Shown one piece after another: positions 48,853 to 55,564 of a stretch of 55,564 bases of DNA; the stretch's first letter is position 1, and every line of letters starts with the position of its first letter. The notes beneath the pieces were generated by a model. The model was not told where the DNA came from. It saw only the letters and a program-made list of their open reading frames with translations, and did no database searches. Origin of the DNA: Verrucomicrobiota bacterium (GTDB lineage: Bacteria; Verrucomicrobiota; Verrucomicrobiia; Limisphaerales; JAKPVM01); contig JAKPVM010000165.1 of NCBI GenBank assembly GCA_029572555.1, positions 1 through 55,564 of the forward strand. The letters are read 5' to 3'. The position numbers and the translations under genes were made by a program.

Positions 48853-48884
48853 CAATATTTAACTAAATAAAAGTTCTATGTCTT

Positions 48885-51875
48885 ATGAAACTGATTTTAA
48901 AATTCAAATTGCCCGGGTTAAAAGCGCTTACGGGCATCTTTACAATCTTAATTGCGCTGCCAGCTGCTTCTCAAACCGTCACTACAATCGCCGGTGGACG
49001 GATTACGCCATACGGCCCTGACTATGGGTTTGTGGACGGGGATAGTTTACAGGAGTCGCAATTCAATTTTCCAACCGCCATTGCAATTGGATTTGATGCC
49101 AGACTTTACGTTGCCGATAAGAATAATAACGCAATACGAAGACTGGATTTATCAGCAAACAGCACAATCACGGTTATACAAAATTTGAACGCCCCGGTCG
49201 GAATTATATTCGACAACGATGGTACTATGTACACCCTGACCTCCGGTGATGGATTTATTCATAAATTTGACACAAATTACAATCATCTTGGAACGGTAAA
49301 CCTAACAGCCTTTTCTTCGCCAACTGCCTTTACAATTGATAGCAGCAAGAATTTTTATGTAGCCGAGTCAGGTGGCAATTTGCTTCGGGTTCATTCATCA
49401 AACGGGGTTCCGGTAGTTGTTGCGAGCGGATTTAACAATCCTCAAGGCGTTGTTATGCTTGATAACGGTATGATTGCTGTTAGCGATACCGGAAATCATT
49501 CTATAAAAGTCGTTAACCCAACAACATCATCGGTAACAAACTTCGTCGGAATCAGCGCAGGCTTTAGCAACGGCGTTCCATCGGTTGTAAAATTTAACAC
49601 ACCTACAACCATTGCAAAGGCTCCGAACGGCGCGCTTGTTGTCGCAGACAGATATAATCACCGCGTTCGTTTGGTTCAAACCAATGGTTATACAACTACG
49701 ATTTATGGAATAGACAAATCTTTGTGGGAGGATTGTCCGACCTGCACTCCTTCGGTTTTTGAAGGCTGGTCCGATGGAACTGTAAATCAAACCCCGCTTG
49801 ACCCCGCAGCAAGAGAGCCGATGGGTATTGCTATCTCCGCCGATGGTATGAAAATTTACACAACGGAAGTTTATTACCATATCATCAGAGTAGTTAGCGG
49901 AATAAACCTTAGCGTCCAGGGCGGGACAAATGGACCTGCAATCCCTGCTCCGACAATATCGCCTGATTCCGGGTATTACCCTGACGGGATAACAATCACT
50001 GTTTCAAGTTCTCTTCCTGATGTTTATTACACCACCGATGGCAGCGAACCGACGACTAACAGCCTTAAAGTTCAGATAATTGGCAACACCGGAACGATTA
50101 ACTGGATGGAAAACGGAAAAGATATTTCATTATTGCGAATAAAGGCGTTTTCTGGAACTAACTCAAGCATAACAGTAAGCGGAAGCCCTCCTACCACGAG
50201 TATAATTGGAATTCCGCGCGACAGACAAGCCGGACCCGGTTCAACGATACTTGTTCCAGTAGTTGCTTCTATGCGCCCCGGCGAACAGATTAAATCAGTG
50301 CAATTTATCGCGCAAATTACTCCAAATGGCGCTGCCCCTGTCATTTCAGACCAGTTCAGGTTGCTTGATGTCACGACAAATGATTACATACAGGTTGCTG
50401 TACCGGCATTAGAACCTTCTAAACCTGTTGCGTTAAGTTCTAGCAGCCTTTTAATTAACAATTCGCGTTCTCTAATAATTACTGCGATTGGAACAAACTC
50501 AAATTTTGAAGTCTCTTCATATTCGGTGGTTGCTATGCTTGTTGTCCCTGTACCTGCAACGGCAAATATTGGCGATTCTTACACAATCCAAATAACAACA
50601 GCTTCCGGAACCTCTGATGGACTGTCATCTTCTCCCACGAATAGTGTAATCTTAACTCCGCTTCCACAGCGTTTAATTTGTATCACAAATGTTGCTTACA
50701 CCGTTGGAGACACAGCCTCCGCAGGCTGGTATGAAGCGGGCGCTTTTGGCGACGGCAAATTGTTAAACAACGATGTCCTGAATGCATTTTATGCCTCTCT
50801 CGGGATTAAAACTCCACCTTCATTTACCGACATCTTTGATGCTATGGACGCCTTCCCGGACGATGAACCGGGTATGCTCGGCGGTGATGGTGATATTAGA
50901 TATCTTGACTGGCAACGGATTTTATTCCGCTCATTAGGTCTGTTGACCAACACGCCAGCAGGAACAAATTGGGCGCGTTATTGGACAACTGGTGGCGTAA
51001 AGACAAACAATGTCGCCGGCGTTCAAATTGCAAATTCGCCTATTATTCAAAATAGTCAAACCGCCAGTATTGTCTGGGAAAAAGATGCTCGGATAGGCGC
51101 ACTAACCGTTGCAAATGTTCAGCCGGGCGCAACTGTAAATGTCCCCATCTATTGCAAGACCGCTGACGGGATAGTGCTAAACGGCTTACAATTTAGGGCA
51201 ATTGTGATCCCGATAGGCGATGCACCTCCGATTGAACAGTCGCCAGACTTCGTCAAGGCTATCACAGCAAACCCATACATCGCAAAAATCGGAAACAATC
51301 AGTTAGCCTGTGTCTGGGGTGGCTATGGATTTGGTGATGCTACAGATATTTCAGGTAGCAATTTGCTCGGTTATGTTAGGTTTGTTATCCCCACAACGGC
51401 AAAATCAGGCGATTGCTACACAGTCAGATTCGCCCGGCCGGATTCCGGTTCCGGAAATAGACAGTTCAATTTAGAAAGCTTTCCTGCAAATGTCTGGGTT
51501 TTGTCCGACCCGAAATCGCCCGATGCAATGGTTTCCGACGAGTGGCGAACAAATTTCTTTGGCAGTATAACGAACCGCTGGGCAAATGATAATGAAGACC
51601 CTGATGGTGATGGTGTGCCGAACTGGCAGGAATTTATTAGAGGAACAAATCCAACCAAATTATATGTGTTAATTAGGAAAGGGATGTTGCAGAACAACGG
51701 AAAACATAGCTTGCGATGGTTCGGAAAAAGCGGTTTGCGATATACGGTTGAGTGGTCAGACAATTTAAACAACTGGAACGAGATAGAGAACCTCTCTGGC
51801 AGTGGGGATGTTCTTGAATTTAATTTAACCGATGAACCGGGCTTGTTCAGGTTTTTCAGGGTAAAAACAAAATAA
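48885..51875 (+). CDS. giant secreted NHL-repeat protein with Ig-like, cohesin-like, dockerin/EF-hand-like and TSP3-like regions (paralog A)
   Basis: Signal peptide. NHL-type blades (YVADKNNNAIRRLD, VSDTGNHSIKVV, VADRYNHRVRLV). YYTTDGSEPT (chitobiase-C/Fn3-like). FGDGKLLNNDV and GGDGDIRYLDW loops. DPDGDGVPNWQEFIRGTNP. C-terminal ...FRFFRVKTK. Confidence 0.7.
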   Translation: MKLILKFKLPGLKALTGIFTILIALPAASQTVTTIAGGRITPYGPDYGFVDGDSLQESQFNFPTAIAIGFDARLYVADKNNNAIRRLDLSANSTITVIQNLNAPVGIIFDNDGTMYTLTSGDGFIHKFDTNYNHLGTVNLTAFSSPTAFTIDSSKNFYVAESGGNLLRVHSSNGVPVVVASGFNNPQGVVMLDNGMIAVSDTGNHSIKVVNPTTSSVTNFVGISAGFSNGVPSVVKFNTPTTIAKAPNGALVVADRYNHRVRLVQTNGYTTTIYGIDKSLWEDCPTCTPSVFEGWSDGTVNQTPLDPAAREPMGIAISADGMKIYTTEVYYHIIRVVSGINLSVQGGTNGPAIPAPTISPDSGYYPDGITITVSSSLPDVYYTTDGSEPTTNSLKVQIIGNTGTINWMENGKDISLLRIKAFSGTNSSITVSGSPPTTSIIGIPRDRQAGPGSTILVPVVASMRPGEQIKSVQFIAQITPNGAAPVISDQFRLLDVTTNDYIQVAVPALEPSKPVALSSSSLLINNSRSLIITAIGTNSNFEVSSYSVVAMLVVPVPATANIGDSYTIQITTASGTSDGLSSSPTNSVILTPLPQRLICITNVAYTVGDTASAGWYEAGAFGDGKLLNNDVLNAFYASLGIKTPPSFTDIFDAMDAFPDDEPGMLGGDGDIRYLDWQRILFRSLGLLTNTPAGTNWARYWTTGGVKTNNVAGVQIANSPIIQNSQTASIVWEKDARIGALTVANVQPGATVNVPIYCKTADGIVLNGLQFRAIVIPIGDAPPIEQSPDFVKAITANPYIAKIGNNQLACVWGGYGFGDATDISGSNLLGYVRFVIPTTAKSGDCYTVRFARPDSGSGNRQFNLESFPANVWVLSDPKSPDAMVSDEWRTNFFGSITNRWANDNEDPDGDGVPNWQEFIRGTNPTKLYVLIRKGMLQNNGKHSLRWFGKSGLRYTVEWSDNLNNWNEIENLSGSGDVLEFNLTDEPGLFRFFRVKTK

Positions 51876-51911
51876 CCCGATAAAACTATACGGGTCCATT
51901 TTTATAGATAT

Positions 51912-54900
51912 ATGAGAACAAAAATATTTCTTGGCGCTGTGTTTGTTCTGGCGCTTGTTGCCAGTGCTTCCGGTATTGTTATTGAAACGGTGATAACAAA
52001 TGGGCTTTTTGAACCCCGTTCTGTCGCCGTCGGTTCAGATAGAGCAGTTTATATAGCAGATACAGGCAATCACAGGATTTTAAAATACTCTCCGTCAAGC
52101 GCTCAGGTCTCGGTTTTTGCTGGCTTAACAGGAATTAACGGAACAAACGACGGCACAGGGCTGCAAGCAAGATTTAATGGACCTGCGGCGATTATCCCGG
52201 CAAGAGGCGGATTAGTTATTTCTGATACATATAATCATACAATTCGTTTTATTAATTATAACGGTGTTGTATCAACTCTTGCGGGTATTCCAACGATACC
52301 CGGATTACAGGACGGCGCCGGTGTTGGCGCAAAATTTAGATTTCCTATTGGATTGGCTGTTGATAATTCAGATAATATTTATATCGCGGATTCAAAAAAT
52401 AACGCAATCCGAGTTCTTGATACAAACAATGTGGTTTCTACACTTGCTACTGGTTTCAACTATCCTGCTGCGCTGGCTTTTGATGGCACAAATAGTCTCT
52501 GGGTTGCCGATAAACTGAATCATCAGATTAGAACGGTGAACATTTCTACCGGCGTCATAACCGATATTGCGGGCATTAAAGAGCAGTCAGGATTTTTAAA
52601 CGATTTAATTGCTACCAATACGTTATTTAATAACCCGCAGGGTTTGCTGTTCCTTGGCGGCGCAACAGGTTTACTTATTGCGGATTCTGAAAACCATATC
52701 ATACGAAGGCTTTATTTTAATTCGGCAATTGGTGGATATTCAGTTGAGACGTTTATCGGGATTGCGGGTGTTGCTGGAAGGACAGATGGCGCCGATACCG
52801 TTGCAACATTTAACACCCCGATAGGAATGACATTTGACGAAGAAAATGGCGGCTTTTATGTAATAGATTCAAAAGGCTATGAAACAGCGCCGGGCGCATT
52901 AAGAAGCGTCCAACTCTTTCCACCACCATCGCCAATATCAACTCCACAAATTTGTAGAGTCTATATGGTAACAGCTGATTTTGGCAATGTAACTGCATCT
53001 GAACCGGTAAACGGCTTAACATTTAACAACAACATCGTTCTTGCTATAAAAGCTGAGGCAGGTGTTGAGACTTATTATACTTATGGTCCTACACCTGCAA
53101 ACCAGTTTGACACTAATTCAATCCCGGATCCTGACCCGAAATCGCCGTCAGCATTGCTTGCGCCATTTTACGAGGATGGAGCCGGCTCATTGCCGATACC
53201 TTTAATAACCGGTGGCTATCCGGACCTCACTATAAAAGCCATTAGCGCTGCAAAAGGACGCAAATCAAGTCCAGTCGCGCAGGCAAGAATTATTTTTAAG
53301 ACAGGACGCCCCGTGATTGATGGAGATAACGCGGCTGGATTCAGAATTTACACAATCACGGATAAAGCCATCATTCGTTATACTACCGATGGAACTGACC
53401 CTGAACTTGACGCAACAAATGTATTTGTTGCCCAAAATTATGGATATATATCCCTAAAAATTAGTTCTGATACAGTGTTAAAAGCCCGCGCCTTTGCCAC
53501 TGGTTTTTTACCAAGCGATGTAGTTTCCAAAACATTTTCCATTACAAACAGCATTGCCAATAAAATCAGCTTTGGTTTTGACGCCACGTTAGGCGAAGAA
53601 GCCTCCTGCAAATTCATTGCGGCGCCGGGTCAAGCCTTTAATATCCCTATTACATTAAGCCTTGTTCCATCGCCATCGCCGTTGCCGACTATTTATTCGT
53701 TGCAATATGGAATTACAATAACTAACTCGCCTTTTGCGCCACTACCTTCTCTGGACTTTGTCTCTTTATTAAAAAAGCCAAAGGAAGGAGAACAAGGAGT
53801 ATATTTAACAATCCCGCCAGCTTTTTATTATTCGGGAGATATCACAAATACGGTAATAACAAGCAATATGTGGGGTCAATTTTTCCTTGGCGTCTTATGG
53901 ATGGAAAGGTATTCAGAGACCAATTTATACAATACAAAACAACAGGATTTAGTAACCTATTCAATGGCGCATAACACCCTGTTTTTAAGCGCTGACAGAA
54001 AGGTCATCACTGGTAGTCTCATTCTTAATATTCCTCCGGGAGTTCCTGTGGATTCAACATACCAAATTCAAATCATAAGACCATCGGCAACTTCTGACGG
54101 CATTAGCCAAGATTTATTCATTGAGACGCCAATAAACGGTTCTTTTACAGCAGGAGCAATTAACTCTGTAAAAGAAATTACAATCGGTGAGGTCAGTTAT
54201 CTTGTCGGCGATGTTGCGCCGTTCAGGTGGTTTAACGGCGGCGATTTTGGCGATGGTTATTTGCTTAACAATGACGTTATGGAAGTCTTCCAGGCAGCGG
54301 CTTATGGGTTGAATTCTCCTCCTAAAAATAGCGATATGTATGATGCTCTGGATTCCTGTTGCGTGGCAACTAACGGCGCTAATATCCCATCTGTTGTTTT
54401 ATTCAATGGCAGTGATACTACTATTAACACTGTCGCAATGGGTGACGGCTCGCTTGATATTTATGATATTATTGTAACTTACAGAAGATCCATCGATCCA
54501 AATTTGACCTGGTTTAAACGATACTACACTTCAACAGGAAGAACGTGGACAACCACAGGGGTTCCTAATATTTCACGGAATAGCCTGAAAGTTAGCGAAA
54601 AACCAAAATCTTTCGCCCCTGCAGAGCTTCAGGATATTTGCTTTTCTGCCGATGATGTTGTCGGTGTTAGCGGACAAACAGTTGACGTCCCAATTAGAGT
54701 GGAAATCAACGGCGATTTGCCGCTAAAAGTGTTCTTGCTGAATTTAAGTGTGGAACCGCTTGACGGTTCTCCACAAGTTGAACAGGAAATTCAATTTATC
54801 CCATCCGCTCAAATTGGGGACCCAAGTATGACTATATCAAAGTGGATAGGAAATTATTCCGCCGCCTGGTTTAATCCTAATATTTCTGGAATCCCGAGCA

Positions 54901-55430
54901 ACGGGGTTGTCGGAACTCTTCGTTTTACTATCCCCACAAGCGCAAACCAGAACGCAGCTTATGCTGTTAACTTTATGAAGATTTCAGCAGGCGGTTTTAA
55001 CCTTCGCGGGCAAAACATCGGCGTCGTAACCACAACTCCTCGCTCCACATCTATATTCAATGACGGCATCCCGGATATCTGGCGTTTGCGATATTTCGGA
55101 ACAATCAGCAACCTGCTGTCTCAAGCCAATGCCGATGCCGATGGCGACGGAGTCCCGAACATTCTTGAATATAAAGCAGGGACAAATCCTGTTGATGTTC
55201 AATCTAAATTCCAGCTACTTTCCGAGAAGTTGAACACTAATCGCAATTTAAAATTGAGCTGGAACGCTACGTTCGGCAAAAAATATATTGTGGAATCCGC
55301 ACCTTCGCTGTTCTCAACTAACTGGACGATTATTGCGTCAAACCTCACTGGCAAAGCCGGTATATGCAATTTCATCGAAACAAATGCTGCGGATAGCAAA
55401 AAATTCTACCGTGTCCGTGTCAGCGAATAA
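51912..55430 (+). CDS. giant secreted NHL-repeat protein, same architecture (paralog B)
   Basis: Signal peptide. Blades IADTGNHRILKY, ISDTYNHTIRFI, IADSKNNAIRVLD, VADKLNHQIRTV and IADSENHIIRRLY. IRYTTDGTDPE. FGDGYLLNNDV and MGDGSLDIYD. DADGDGVPNILEYKAGTNP. Terminal KKFYRVRVSE. Confidence 0.7.
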   Translation: MRTKIFLGAVFVLALVASASGIVIETVITNGLFEPRSVAVGSDRAVYIADTGNHRILKYSPSSAQVSVFAGLTGINGTNDGTGLQARFNGPAAIIPARGGLVISDTYNHTIRFINYNGVVSTLAGIPTIPGLQDGAGVGAKFRFPIGLAVDNSDNIYIADSKNNAIRVLDTNNVVSTLATGFNYPAALAFDGTNSLWVADKLNHQIRTVNISTGVITDIAGIKEQSGFLNDLIATNTLFNNPQGLLFLGGATGLLIADSENHIIRRLYFNSAIGGYSVETFIGIAGVAGRTDGADTVATFNTPIGMTFDEENGGFYVIDSKGYETAPGALRSVQLFPPPSPISTPQICRVYMVTADFGNVTASEPVNGLTFNNNIVLAIKAEAGVETYYTYGPTPANQFDTNSIPDPDPKSPSALLAPFYEDGAGSLPIPLITGGYPDLTIKAISAAKGRKSSPVAQARIIFKTGRPVIDGDNAAGFRIYTITDKAIIRYTTDGTDPELDATNVFVAQNYGYISLKISSDTVLKARAFATGFLPSDVVSKTFSITNSIANKISFGFDATLGEEASCKFIAAPGQAFNIPITLSLVPSPSPLPTIYSLQYGITITNSPFAPLPSLDFVSLLKKPKEGEQGVYLTIPPAFYYSGDITNTVITSNMWGQFFLGVLWMERYSETNLYNTKQQDLVTYSMAHNTLFLSADRKVITGSLILNIPPGVPVDSTYQIQIIRPSATSDGISQDLFIETPINGSFTAGAINSVKEITIGEVSYLVGDVAPFRWFNGGDFGDGYLLNNDVMEVFQAAAYGLNSPPKNSDMYDALDSCCVATNGANIPSVVLFNGSDTTINTVAMGDGSLDIYDIIVTYRRSIDPNLTWFKRYYTSTGRTWTTTGVPNISRNSLKVSEKPKSFAPAELQDICFSADDVVGVSGQTVDVPIRVEINGDLPLKVFLLNLSVEPLDGSPQVEQEIQFIPSAQIGDPSMTISKWIGNYSAAWFNPNISGIPSNGVVGTLRFTIPTSANQNAAYAVNFMKISAGGFNLRGQNIGVVTTTPRSTSIFNDGIPDIWRLRYFGTISNLLSQANADADGDGVPNILEYKAGTNPVDVQSKFQLLSEKLNTNRNLKLSWNATFGKKYIVESAPSLFSTNWTIIASNLTGKAGICNFIETNAADSKKFYRVRVSE

Positions 55431-55484
55431 TCAACCTGACTTTTAGGTTTTATTTAACACGGATGGACAGAATATTTTATAAGA

Positions 55485-55564
55485 TACCTGAATCATTAGC
55501 ATAGATATTGGAATAATATACTAAATTGTGAAGATTAATACGTGATGTGTCATCCATAAAATAT
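55485..55564 (+). repeat. structured intergenic repeat element, copy 3 (left end only, truncated by the window edge)
   Basis: TACCTGAATCATTAGCATAGATATTGGAATAATATA matches the left module of copies 1 and 2. ATTGTGAA...TCCATAAAATAT matches the extra segment of copy 2. Confidence 0.6.

Noticed and set aside
51875-51903. A possible terminator between the two giant genes (ACCCG-N11-CGGGT followed by CCATTTTT).
   Set aside because: The stem is only 5 bp with an 11-nt loop. That is too weak to annotate, so the two genes are probably co-transcribed.
14808-55564. Could the three repeats be a CRISPR array or att sites of an integrated element next to tRNA-Phe?
   Set aside because: The repeats are 250-300 bp, tens of kb apart and in alternating orientation, so they are not a CRISPR array. 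No cas genes, integrase, transposase or phage genes are present in the window. The tRNA-Phe at 1142-1217 is intact and has no duplicated 3' end nearby.

Overview
This is an AT-rich bacterial chromosomal window. The gene content includes Tat-signal Gfo/Idh/MocA and aldo-keto reductases, a formylglycine sulfatase, ThuA, DUF5060, a Ser/Thr kinase with WD40 repeats, and giant NHL/TSP3-type surface proteins. That mix looks like the PVC superphylum (Verrucomicrobia-like), but this is inference only. Most of the window is ordinary: tRNA-Phe, ExbBD, an oxidative-stress neighbourhood (peroxiredoxin, Tat-type Fe/Mn SOD), a PhoB/PhoR-like two-component pair, a complete MoxR-DUF58-BatA-BatB/C aerotolerance operon, hsp20-clpB-rhomboid, cysE, and a block of secreted glycan and redox enzymes. 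Two things stand out. (1) A structured intergenic repeat of about 250-300 bp, built from nested inverted repeats, occurs three times in alternating orientation (14808-15057 +, 43978-44277 -, and 55485 to the window end +). I could not assign it to any RNA or IS family I know. Between copies the stems are conserved and the loops vary, and both inverted arms carry TGCTATAAT. (2) Copies 2 and 3 tightly bracket an 11-kb module. It holds pilM-N-O-(P)-Q with no motor ATPase, platform or pilin gene, followed by two tandem paralogous giant secreted proteins. Each combines an NHL beta-propeller with Ig-like, cohesin-like, dockerin/EF-hand-like and TSP3-like regions. This repeat-bracketed module is my best candidate for an undescribed secretin-linked surface system. 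All functional calls rest on motifs read by eye. No database search was possible.
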